Shown piece after piece: positions 39,424-49,100 of a stretch of 64,000 bases of DNA (within the stretch, counting starts at the first letter, position 1; every line of letters starts with the position of its first letter). Both the position numbers and the translations under genes were made by a program. The notes under the pieces are model-generated. The model was not told the origin of the DNA. It did no database searches and saw nothing but the letters and a program-made list of their open reading frames with translations. The DNA is from Candidatus Spongiisociaceae bacterium (GTDB lineage Bacteria > Actinomycetota > Acidimicrobiia > Spongiisociales > Spongiisociaceae). The stretch spans positions 2,048,001-2,112,000 of the forward strand of contig OZ241841.1 of the NCBI GenBank assembly GCA_965202665.1, in the 5' to 3' direction.

Positions 39424-39438
39424 TATTGGGAAGCCGAG

Positions 39439-39523
39439 GCCCGGGTGACGGAATTGGCAGACGTGGCGGACTTAAAATCCGCTGTCCGAGTAGGGCATGT
39501 GGGTTCGAATCCCACCCCGGGCA
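39439..39523 (+). tRNA. tRNA-Leu(TAA)
   Basis: Acceptor stem GCCCGGG/CCCGGGC, D-loop TTGGCAGAC, anticodon arm GCGGA-CTTAAAA-TCCGC, long variable arm TGTCC/GGGCA, T-arm GTGGG-TTCGAAT-CCCAC; CCA not fully encoded. Confidence 0.95.
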
Positions 39524-39640
39524 CCGGGCCGCCCTCATCCGATGTCCAAGACGGGTCCGCTAACGTCCGGAAGATGGTAAAGTTAGATTCGATGAGAGGT
39601 TCCCCGCCAGCGGTCGACCGCAGATTGGAGAAGGCGAACA

Positions 39641-39946
39641 ATGAAATCTTCAGATCCGCCTTTGTTGGATAACGATTCCGACGGGCAACCGGTGCCCGCG
39701 CCGGAGGGTTACCGCGTGGTGCGTCTTCCCTCCTGGGAGTTTAGGATCCCGGCGCCGCCCGTCCCCGAGGAGGAGAAGCCCAACGGCAGGCCTCGCGAAT
39801 ACTTTGAGCACCCCTTCCTCCGTAGCCCAACCACGTCAGCCAGTTCGCCTTGGTTCTATCTAGGAGTTATTCCCATTAAACATTTAGAGGATCCCGACTG
39901 GGATAGCGGGCCCATCCGTCGGAGGGACCTCGGGCCGCCGTATTAG
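39641..39946 (+). CDS. Hypothetical Pro-rich small protein
   Basis: 101-aa ORF with GGAG upstream, in the lower-GC pocket after the tRNA. Confidence 0.4.
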   Translation: MKSSDPPLLDNDSDGQPVPAPEGYRVVRLPSWEFRIPAPPVPEEEKPNGRPREYFEHPFLRSPTTSASSPWFYLGVIPIKHLEDPDWDSGPIRRRDLGPPY

Positions 39947-39991
39947 AGATTCTTAGACACGTCAGCCAGGGTAGTATCCCCATTAAACATT
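39832..39991 (+). repeat. Imperfect direct duplication
   Basis: CACGTCAGCCAG at 39832 and 39958; CCCATTAAACATTT at 39872 and 39978. Confidence 0.7.
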
Positions 39992-40069
39992 TCGGGGAAC
40001 CACGGCAGTCCAACCCGATGAGATACTGTCGCGATTCATCAAATACCGCAGGTCCATCTAGGTAGGGGA

Positions 40070-41206
40070 CTATCGGCCGATGCTGTTCGGCGCCTCTTCA
40101 CGAGATGTATTCATCCATTTTCCGCCTTTGAAGCCGAATCTTACCTGGTTTGGAGAAATCTGTTCAGTCAAAGATTGGTGAACGGCTCGCTCTATTTCAG
40201 GTTTAATTTGTTGCAGGAACTCCTGTAATGCATCCTGATTGATGTCAGGTTTCCAATCAGAGGGTAATTGAAGATGGGGTGTTATTTGAAGGTGGGATGG
40301 CATCTGTTGTATTACATTGACTACAAATTGCCCACGAAATTCGAAGGTCATTTCCTTACTCTCCACAACGGCTATTGCTATTTCCTCGACCTTGCTTTTT
40401 TCATCTATGTTGACTGATATATCTGGGGCCTCACGAATTTTGAGATCCTGTTCATATGCGCACCATAGTCTCCACATCGCTTTTTCTACATCTTCTTGAG
40501 CGGCTACAGCCCGAAGGTTCATTGCTTTAGCCTCTTGAAAACCGATGGCGTGTCCATGAGCGTAAACCTTGGTCGCAAGAGTATCCACTATTGTTTCCCG
40601 GATGCGCTCGCTCAGTGGTTCTTTCTGTGATGCCAACATGCGAAGGGCTACGTCGCGGATATGCGATCTGATGCGGTGGACCGATCCCAAAGATACCGCC
40701 CCTATGTTTTGAGACAAGTGGGCAAGGCTTTGGGCAAGAGCTACTTGGTCTGAAAGACCGACTTCTTCTTGCGTAAATCTCAGATAGGCCATTACATCTT
40801 CTACGCTTATACCTTCCCCAGCCGCGCTTCCCGGCTTTTGAAAGTATTGGGTAGGGTCTATGGGACCCAATTCACCGTGCTTGCCGAAGATTATTTCGTC
40901 AGACCCCAGGGCAAGCAGGGTGGCCGCGCTGTTAGCGCGAAAGGGTATCAGAATGTTCCATCTGTCTGAATACTGGCGCAGAGCTGACGCAATCCGCCAG
41001 GGGACTTCAGCGGCGCCGCCCCTAGAGTAGAGAAAAAGGTCAATTTTCCCCACTTTGTCCATCTGGCGTAGCACATCAAACAGCGGCCGCACCGCGTCTT
41101 CGCCGATCTGAGCGCGGCAATGATCTCTATCACCGGTGATGTAGGTGATGACTCGGGAGCCGCGCAGGCGCTCCAACTCCTCGATGTATTTTCTTCTGTC
41201 GGACAT
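40070..41206 (-). CDS. SDH-family ClpP-fold serine proteinase
   Basis: IDLFLYSRGG, ANSAATLLALGSDEI, ELGPIDP, YAHGHAI; markedly lower GC; GGAGG upstream. Confidence 0.82.
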   Translation of the reverse strand: MSDRRKYIEELERLRGSRVITYITGDRDHCRAQIGEDAVRPLFDVLRQMDKVGKIDLFLYSRGGAAEVPWRIASALRQYSDRWNILIPFRANSAATLLALGSDEIIFGKHGELGPIDPTQYFQKPGSAAGEGISVEDVMAYLRFTQEEVGLSDQVALAQSLAHLSQNIGAVSLGSVHRIRSHIRDVALRMLASQKEPLSERIRETIVDTLATKVYAHGHAIGFQEAKAMNLRAVAAQEDVEKAMWRLWCAYEQDLKIREAPDISVNIDEKSKVEEIAIAVVESKEMTFEFRGQFVVNVIQQMPSHLQITPHLQLPSDWKPDINQDALQEFLQQIKPEIERAVHQSLTEQISPNQVRFGFKGGKWMNTSREEAPNSIGR

Positions 41207-41405
41207 CAGTATCCTCCGCTCTAAGCAGGCGCCGCCTAGGCGAACAAAGCGGTTGATGCGGTTACGCGTCGTAAGGCGGTTACCTGGTTGGGGGGTGACC
41301 TTTGGGTTGTAGAGCCTATAACCGCTGGCAGGAGAATAATATTCCCAAGTTCCGCCGGTTTTCTAAATTTAGGGCGGGATAGGCCGGGGTGAGTTGGAGG
41401 AGGGT

Positions 41406-42446
41406 TTAGGAGGTGGGGCGGCGGGCGGGGCCGGGGGAGGAATCCACCGTCCAGGTGCCGTGCGATTTGAGCAGGTCCTCCAACCGGCCGGGGCCGCGGG
41501 TTGCGGTCAGCTCCCGGTCGCGATCCTCCAAGGCTTGGTCGTAGACCGGTCGGTCCACCATCCGGAACAATCCCAGGGGGGTGGGGCCGTAGGGTCCGTG
41601 GGACAGACGGGACAGGGCGAAGGCCTGCGCGGGGTTGTCGGCGTGGGCGTCGTGCACGATAATTTGGGAGGGGTCCACCGCCGCCCGGTCCACTATCACC
41701 GCTTCTCCCCGCTCCCACGCCACCGCCTGCTCCCCGCCGGGGCCGAACACGATCGGCTTGCCGTGTTCCAGCATTATCCGGTTGAAGGTGCGCTCCTGCT
41801 TGCCGGTCAGGTTGATGAACGCCTTGTCGTTGAAAACATTGCAGTTCTGATAGATCTCAATCAGGGCCGATCCCCGGTGCCGGAAGGCCGCTTCCAGCAT
41901 GGCGATGGTATGCGGGCGGTCCATGTCCAAGGTGCGGGCCACGAAAGTCGCCTCCGCCCCCAACGCCAGGCTGACCGGGTTGAAAGGATGATCCAGCAGG
42001 CCGGTAGGCGAGGATTTGGTGGTTTTCCCCCGCTCCGAAGTGGGGGAGTACTGCCCTTTGGTCAGACCGTAGATCTGGTTGTTGATCAGCAACAGTTTCA
42101 GGTTCACGTTGCGGCGCAGGGCGTGGATCAGATGGTTGCCGCCGATGGCGGTCATATCCCCATCGCCGCCCACCACCCACACCGACAGTTCGGGGTTGGC
42201 CACCGCCATTCCGGTGGCGACCGCCGGGGCCCGGCCGTGAATGGTGTGAAACCCGTAGGTGTTCATGTAGTAGGGGAAGCGGGCCGCGCATCCGATGCCG
42301 GACGTGAACACCACGTTTTCCCGGGGGATATCCAACCCGGCCATAAAGGTCTGCACCGAGGCCAGGATGGTGTAGTCGCCGCAACCGGGGCACCACCGCA
42401 CCTCCTGGTCGGTCTGAAAGTCGGCCCGGGTGTAGGCGGCGGTCAT
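41406..42446 (-). CDS. korB: 2-oxoacid:ferredoxin oxidoreductase beta subunit
   Basis: EVRWCPGCGD, SGIGC, HGRA, GDGD..AIGGNH, NNQIYGLTKGQYSPTS. Confidence 0.93.
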   Translation of the reverse strand: MTAAYTRADFQTDQEVRWCPGCGDYTILASVQTFMAGLDIPRENVVFTSGIGCAARFPYYMNTYGFHTIHGRAPAVATGMAVANPELSVWVVGGDGDMTAIGGNHLIHALRRNVNLKLLLINNQIYGLTKGQYSPTSERGKTTKSSPTGLLDHPFNPVSLALGAEATFVARTLDMDRPHTIAMLEAAFRHRGSALIEIYQNCNVFNDKAFINLTGKQERTFNRIMLEHGKPIVFGPGGEQAVAWERGEAVIVDRAAVDPSQIIVHDAHADNPAQAFALSRLSHGPYGPTPLGLFRMVDRPVYDQALEDRDRELTATRGPGRLEDLLKSHGTWTVDSSPGPARRPTS

Positions 42447-44362
42447 GCCCCCAAAACCTCCAAAATCTTCGCTTTCACCTCCGCCGCTTTGAACGGGCGG
42501 CCCTGCAGGGCGTTAAGGGAGACGATCGGTTTCAAGTATTCCGCTTTGAGGAGGCGGGCCAGTTGCCCCCGGTTCTGTTCGGGAATCAAAACCTGTTGGT
42601 AGGAGGCCAGCGCGGTGGCCATATTGGGGGGCAGGGGATGCAGATGGCGGAGTTTGGCGTAGGCGACCCGGTGTCCGTCGGCGCGGGCCCGGGCCACCCC
42701 CGCCCGCACCGCCGAGCAGGAGAATCCCCAACACAACACCAGCAGGTCCGCTCCGTCCGGGTCGTTCACTTCCATATCCGGGATGTCGTTGGCGATGTTG
42801 GCCGTTTTCCAAGCCCGCAGGTCGCTCATCAGCTGATGGTTGTCCGGGTCGTAGGAGACGGCGCCGGTCACCTCTTCTTTTTCCAAACCGCCGATTCGGT
42901 GCTCGAGTCCGGCCATGCCCGGCGTCGCCCACTGGCGGGCCATCGTGTCCACATCCCGCAAATAGGGCAGGAAATCCCCGTTCCAGTTGGGGCCCGGAGC
43001 GCGGCGGGTTTCCAAGCGGGGCAACCGGTCGGGGTCGGGCAGGAGCCACGGTTCGGACCCGTTGGCGATGTGGGCGTCGGACAGCAGAATCACCGGCGTC
43101 ATGTATTTAAGGGCGATGCGGCACGCCTCGATGGCCGCGTCGAAAGCGTCCGCCGGGGAGGAGGCGGCCACCACCGGCAGGGGGGATTCCCCGTGCCGTC
43201 CGTGGAGGGCGATCATCAAATCCGACTGCTCCGGTTTGGTGGGCAACCCGGTGGAAGGGCCGCCCCGTTGCACATCAACGATCACCATCGGCAACTCGGC
43301 GGTCACCGCCAGGCTGATGGTTTCGCTTTTCAATGCCAGGCCGGGGCCGCTGGTGCCGGTCACCGCCAGCGAACCGGCGAAGGCCGCCCCCACGGTCGCC
43401 CCCGCCGCCGCGATTTCGTCCTCCGCCTGGAAGGTTTTCACCCCGTAATGGGGGTGGCGGGACAGCTCATGCAGAATGTCGGAGGCGGGGGTGATGGGAT
43501 AGGAGCCGTAGAACAGACGCAGGCCCGACAGATGGGCGGCCGCGATCAGCCCCCAGGACAGGGCGGTGTTGCCGGTGACGTTGGTGTAGGTGCCGGGGGG
43601 CAGGGCGGCCGGACGCACTTCCAGCCGCCGGGCGAAGCCTTCAACGGTGATTCCGTAGTTGTAGCCCGCTTTGAGGGCGGCCAAGTTGGCGTCCCGCACC
43701 TGCTCCAGCCGAGCGAACTTTTTGCCGATCCAGTTTTCGGTCACCGTCAGGTCCCGTCCGAACAGTTGCAGGATCAGCCCCAAGGCCAGGAAGTTTTTGG
43801 AGCGCAGCACGCCCCGCCCGCTGATGCCGGTGTCTTTGACCGCCTCCATGGTCAGGGTTTCCATCGGCAGGGCATGCAGGTCGTAGGAGGCCAGCGTCCC
43901 ATCCTCCAACGGGTTGGCGTCGTATCCGGCCTTGTGCAGGTTTCGTTCGTCGAAAGCCTCCCGGTTGATGATCAGGATGCCGTCCGGGGCCACGTCATCC
44001 AGGTTGGTTTTGAGAGCGGCCGGGTTCATCGCCACCAGCACGTCCGGCTGGTCCCCGGCGGTGTGGGTGTCCCAGTCGGAGATCTGCACCTGGAAGGAGG
44101 AAACGCCGGCCAGGGTGCCCGCCGGGGCCCGGATTTCCGCCGGGAAGGAAGGCAAGGTGTTCAGGTCGTTGCCGAACAGGGCCGCCGACAGGGTGAACTG
44201 GTTGCCCGCCAGCTGCATCCCGTCCCCCGAGTCGCCCGCGAAGCGGATGACCGCTTTGTCCATCCGGTCCGGTTCGGACGGTTCTCCGTTGGGGGAGGGG
44301 CCGGTCGGCGCGGAAGGGTCGGCCGCGGCGGACGGCGGCGTGGTGGATGTTTCCTGAGTCAC
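42443..44362 (-). CDS. korA: 2-oxoacid:ferredoxin oxidoreductase alpha subunit
   Basis: IRFAGDSGDGMQL, AEIRAPAGT, YPITPAS, QAEDEIAA, TSGPG, QRGGPSTGLPTK. Confidence 0.93.
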   Translation of the reverse strand: MTQETSTTPPSAAADPSAPTGPSPNGEPSEPDRMDKAVIRFAGDSGDGMQLAGNQFTLSAALFGNDLNTLPSFPAEIRAPAGTLAGVSSFQVQISDWDTHTAGDQPDVLVAMNPAALKTNLDDVAPDGILIINREAFDERNLHKAGYDANPLEDGTLASYDLHALPMETLTMEAVKDTGISGRGVLRSKNFLALGLILQLFGRDLTVTENWIGKKFARLEQVRDANLAALKAGYNYGITVEGFARRLEVRPAALPPGTYTNVTGNTALSWGLIAAAHLSGLRLFYGSYPITPASDILHELSRHPHYGVKTFQAEDEIAAAGATVGAAFAGSLAVTGTSGPGLALKSETISLAVTAELPMVIVDVQRGGPSTGLPTKPEQSDLMIALHGRHGESPLPVVAASSPADAFDAAIEACRIALKYMTPVILLSDAHIANGSEPWLLPDPDRLPRLETRRAPGPNWNGDFLPYLRDVDTMARQWATPGMAGLEHRIGGLEKEEVTGAVSYDPDNHQLMSDLRAWKTANIANDIPDMEVNDPDGADLLVLCWGFSCSAVRAGVARARADGHRVAYAKLRHLHPLPPNMATALASYQQVLIPEQNRGQLARLLKAEYLKPIVSLNALQGRPFKAAEVKAKILEVLGA

Positions 44363-44486
44363 GTTTTCCTATCGGGCGCGGGAGGCCGCGCCGAGTTGCC
44401 GTTTTTCCAGATTGTAGGACTGACTACCGTATCAAAGTTTAGCAACTTATGACAACGCCCAAAAATTCCCCTTTGAAAACCGGCGG

Positions 44487-45884
44487 TCAATGGGCGGCGG
44501 CCAGGGGAGGGGGGCGGTATCCGGCCAGGCCCGCCTTCTCCAGCGCGATCCCCGCATCCAGCAACATTTCCTCCCGCCGCCAGGGGGCGATCAGCTGCGC
44601 CGACGGGGGCGGGGTTCCGGGGGCGGTGAGGGGCAGGGCCAAAGCGGGGCATCCCAGATGGTTGACCAAGGCGGTGAACCCGCTCAGGACCGCCCGGTAG
44701 AAGACCGCCGTTCCGTCGATGTCCATATAGTCCAAGCCGATGGTTTTGCGGGGGTGGCCGACGGCGGGGGTGGCCAGCAGGTGGTAGTCGGCGAACAGCT
44801 CCCCGGCCCGGACCCGCAACGACTCCCGGCGCGCCCGGGCGGCCCGATGTCTTTCCTCCGTCACCGCCAGGGCGGCGCGCAACCGTTCCTCCACATCCCC
44901 TCCGTAGGGCATTCCCCGGGCGGTCAGCCATTCCCGGTGGATGCGGGAGGCTTCCGCCCCAACGATGGTGAAAATGTTGCGGTCGGGAACCAGTTCCGGA
45001 GCGGCGACCCGCCGCACCTCCGCCCCCAGGCCGGCCAGGTCATCGCAGAATTTTTCAAACCCTTCCCGGGTGCGGCGGCTTACCGGAATGGTTTCCAGCC
45101 AGGCCATGGGGACCGCCGTCCGCACTCCCTCCAACGTTCCGACCGCCGGGCCGGGCGGCGGGGGGGAGGCCGGACCGGGCGGGCGGGGGACGGCCGAGTC
45201 GGGGTCGGCCATCGCCCGGTACAGCAGCCGGGCGTCGCCGACGGTGCGGGTCAACGGCCCCACCGTGTCCAAGGAGGGGGCCAGCGGGAACACCCCGTCC
45301 AAAGGGATGCGACCGTTGCTGACTTTCAGGCCGACGATCCCGCACAGGGCGGCCGGGGCGCGCACCGACCCTCCGGTGTCGGTGCCCAGCGCGGCGGGTA
45401 CGATTCCCGCCGACACCGCCGCCGCCGACCCTCCGGAGGAGCCGCCCGCCGAAAGCGCCGGGTCCCATGGGTTGCGCACCGGCCCGAACCAGGGGTTTTC
45501 GGAGGAGAAACCGAAGGCGAACTCGTGCAGATTGGTCCGCCCGGCCATCATCGCCCCCGCCGCCTCCAGCCGTACGACCGCCGTCGCCGAATGTTGCGCG
45601 CGGCGCCGGTAGAAAGCCGACCCGGCCGTGGTCACCTGCCCCGCCTGGTCGATCAGGTCTTTGACCGCTATCGGAACCCCGCACAGGGGGCCTCCCCGTT
45701 CCGGGTCGGGGAGTACGTAGTCGTCTTCCCGAGCCGGGTCTTCCAGGGAAATAAAGCCGTTGATGCGGGGGTTGAGCCGCTCCGCCGCCGCCAGGTAACT
45801 GGTCCGAATTGACCGAGGGGAGGCCTTTCCTTCCCGCACTCGTCCGGAAATCTCCGCGGCTGATAAAGCTCGAAAATCCGTCAT
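44487..45884 (-). CDS. Amidase (amidase-signature family)
   Basis: GVPIAVKDL, TNLHEFA, GGSSGGSAAAV, GTDTGGSVRAPA. Confidence 0.9.
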   Translation of the reverse strand: MTDFRALSAAEISGRVREGKASPRSIRTSYLAAAERLNPRINGFISLEDPAREDDYVLPDPERGGPLCGVPIAVKDLIDQAGQVTTAGSAFYRRRAQHSATAVVRLEAAGAMMAGRTNLHEFAFGFSSENPWFGPVRNPWDPALSAGGSSGGSAAAVSAGIVPAALGTDTGGSVRAPAALCGIVGLKVSNGRIPLDGVFPLAPSLDTVGPLTRTVGDARLLYRAMADPDSAVPRPPGPASPPPPGPAVGTLEGVRTAVPMAWLETIPVSRRTREGFEKFCDDLAGLGAEVRRVAAPELVPDRNIFTIVGAEASRIHREWLTARGMPYGGDVEERLRAALAVTEERHRAARARRESLRVRAGELFADYHLLATPAVGHPRKTIGLDYMDIDGTAVFYRAVLSGFTALVNHLGCPALALPLTAPGTPPPSAQLIAPWRREEMLLDAGIALEKAGLAGYRPPPLAAAH

Positions 45885-45917
45885 TTTGCCTCAGCGTAAC
45901 AGCCGGAAAAGGGCGGG

Positions 45918-46014
45918 GTGTTGGGTTTGGCGGCTGGTTTGTCGGGGTGGCTCCTCCGGGTGCGGTGGGGACGCATGGGGAGGCGGACATGGATTTCGCT
46001 CCGATGCATTCGGC
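45918..46014 (+). repeat. Degenerate copy of the 5' coding region (46186-46286) of the downstream surface-protein gene
   Basis: 26-bp identical core CCGGGTGCGGTGGGGACGCATGGGGA with alignable flanks; frameshifted and lacking the native start region. Confidence 0.85.
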
Positions 46015-46031
46015 GGGGTTTGCGGATTGAC

Positions 46032-46059
46032 TTGACAAAACGGGGGGGGGGGTTAGCGT
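46032..46059 (+). promoter_or_regulatory. Putative sigma70 promoter with G11 tract in the -35/-10 spacer
   Basis: TTGACA (46032-46037), AAAC, G11 (46042-46052), T, TAGCGT (46054-46059); 16-nt spacer; ~85 nt upstream of ATG 46144. Confidence 0.65.
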
Positions 46060-46143
46060 TTTTGCCTGTTCGTGTTGCGGCTGTTGGGTTGCCCGCTATG
46101 GCCGCGTGTAATGATTTCCGGGCGTTTGGAAGGAGGCGTGGCA

Positions 46144-49100
46144 ATGGTACGCGTGTCGGGGAAGGTTTGGTTTGTGGGTTTGTTGGTGTTGGGTTTGATA
46201 GCGAGTTTGCTGGGGGCGGCTCCGCCGGGTGCGGTGGGGACGCATGGGGACGATGCGGATGTGGATTATGAGCCGTCGTATTCGGCCTGTGTGGGGGCGG
46301 CGACGGAGTCTTTCGGTTTTGAGGACACGGAAGGATCCTTTGCGGAGGGGGCGATTGATTGTTTGGCGCATTATGGGATAACGACCGGACGGTCGGCGAC
46401 CATGTTCGCTCCCAATGATTCGGTGTTGCGGTGGCAGATGGCCCTGTTTTTAGCTAGGGCGGCCGCGGCGGCGGGGATCGTGTTGGCGAACCCGGCGGCT
46501 GATCAGGGGTTTACGGATGTGGGGGCGGTGTCGGGGGAGGCTCGTAACGCTATCAATGGTTTGGCGGCGGCGGGGATTATGCCCGGTGTGTCGCAGTCCG
46601 CGTTTTCGCCGAATGCGTCGGTGACGCGTGGTTCCATGGCTGTGTTGTTGGACGCGTTTTTGGCGGCGGCGACGCCGGGGGCGGGGGCGTTTGGGGGTGA
46701 GATTGAGAAGTATTCGGATGTGATGGTGGATAGTTCCAATGTTTTCAATGATATTAGCGGGGTGTCTTTGAATACTTATAATGCGATTTATCGTATTTAT
46801 GAGGTGGGGGTGACGCAGGGGGTGGGGGATCATCAGTTCGGTCCGGGTCGTAATGTGACGCGGGCGCAGATGGCGGCGTTTATCACCCGGGCGTTTGCGC
46901 ATACGGTGGCTCGTCCGGCGGGGGTGTCTATTCAGGCGGAGCGGGATTCGGTGTTGGGGGAGTCGTCGGTGCAACTTATTGTGTCGGTGCGGGACGCGAT
47001 GTTTCAGCCGGTGGTGGACGCGTCGGTGGATGTGTTCCGTTCCACCGACCCTGACAACGCTTTGAATGATGATGGCAGGTGCGATACAGCTAGTGTTAGT
47101 CCGGTGGCTGGTATTGGCCGGGCGGCGTGTGAGGTGGATACGGGGGATGAGACTACGGACGCGGCGGGGGATGTCACCGCGTTGCAGTTGCAGGTGTCGG
47201 ATGCGGATGTGACGGTGTGGGCGTGGACCGGGGACCGGGATGACAAGTTTGATTCCGATGACACCACCGCCGCCCAGTTGACCGTCGGGTTTTCCAAGGC
47301 GGCCAGCCAGACTTTGGTGACCGATAACTTGGAGGAGGGGCAGACCCGGTTGGCGTTCGGGGAGACGGTTACGGTGACTATTCAGATCGCGGATGAAGAT
47401 GACAAGGCGGTAGCCGACAAAGGCAAGCGGGTGACCGTGGAGCAGGAGACCACGATCGGTACCAGTACTACGTCTTCTAATAACGCTATGACCACGGACG
47501 CGTCGGGGAAGATCGTTTTGGAGTTCACCCAGACCGACCCCAACACCAACACCGGGGACACGGCGGAGTTGGAGTTGACGTTGAGCGGCGCGCCGTCTGA
47601 TCTGCCGTTGCGGAACGAGGATGGGACGGCGTTTTCTTCCAAGACTTACATTTGGTCGGACGAGACGCCGGTGCCGCGCGCGTTGACTTTGTCCACTCGG
47701 TCCGATTTCGGGATGGCGTCCGATGAGGGGTCGGGGGCCGGGAACACGGTTACCGCTACTTTGACGGATCAGTTCGGCGACCCGGTGCGCGGCAAGAGGG
47801 TCAGTTTCTTCTCCGACACCTATTGCACCCCCGCGCAGGAAGGATCCACTTGCTCCCCGCCTGGGATCGGGGTTACGGAAAGCGGCGGCGCGTCGGTGAA
47901 AGAGGACGACGGGGTGCGGGTTTTGACCGGGACCGCCCGGTTCACGCGCACCACCGGCCGGGACGGAAAAGCCAACCTGGGTTACACCTACGATTCCACC
48001 GACAGCGTGATCGAAACCATTTGGGCTACATACCCGTTGGCGGGGAACGAGGGGCCAATAGTGCGGGGCTTTGCGGATACCGTCGTCGAGTGCGGCGAGG
48101 ACGGGGCGTTGCCGGCGGGGAGATGCCGTCCGGAGAACGACCCGGCTGATTTGACCGAGTTGACTGCGGAGCGCATTTATTACTACTGGGTGGAAGACCC
48201 GTCGGGGGCTCCGTTCACCGGGCGCATACTGGTCAAAGAACCCGAAAACAATCAGCTGGTAGTGGCCGCCGAGGAGAAGTTGATGCTGGTCGAATACGAC
48301 GGCAACGACCAGTTCGTAGACTTCGACGGTCCCACGGTGCTGTCCGAGTTCGAGAAGCCGTTGGCGGAAAACGCCGACCCTGGGGCCGCTCACCTGCGGG
48401 TCGACTTCTACCAGGAAGAAGCCGGCAAAGTCAGCAAATTTACTCTCAGCCCGGAATGGTCCAGCCTGGACCACCCCGACGGTCCAGAAGCCGGTGCCCG
48501 CGCCCGTTTCGGACAAGCCGTAGCCGTAGACAACGGAGTGATAGTGGTTGGAGCCGGCTGGCAGAGCGTTGTGGACGATATGGGTACCGCCAACGATCCA
48601 TCAGATGACGTGACGCGGGCCAATGCGGGGATGGCTTACATATACCCGAACGGGATGGGCACCGCCGCGGCCAACATCATCAAACTGGTCCCCCCCACTC
48701 CGACCGCTGAAAGCCGGTTCGGTTTTGATGTGGACATCGCGGGGAATGTGATAGTGGTCGGGAGCTTCAGCCATGGGACGAACGGGCTGAGAGAGGTCTA
48801 CGTTTACCAGCGCGGAAGCGACGGAGTTTGGCCTAAAACTCCCTCCACTACCCTGTCGCCCGGTCCCGGCGATGTGAACCTTCCCGGGGGAGGGAAAGTT
48901 CCCGCCGCTGGTTCGTCCACTTACGGGAGCGGGGTGGCTATTTCCAAGGATGAGTCCACTATCGCGGTGAACATGGGGTGGGTCTGGCCTTTGCCGCGCA
49001 TACCCAATGTGGCGACGGTGGTTTACGAAAGAACGGGCGCCAGCTGGGATTCGGATGACAACGACTCCGACGCCAGCGACAACGCCCTCCTCTGGAACCA

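Noticed and set aside
39439-39523. bldA-like developmental control through tRNA-Leu(UAA)
   Set aside because: TTA codons occur in ordinary genes here (truA, short ALDH) as well as in the surface protein (49411), so there is no sign of Streptomyces-style restriction
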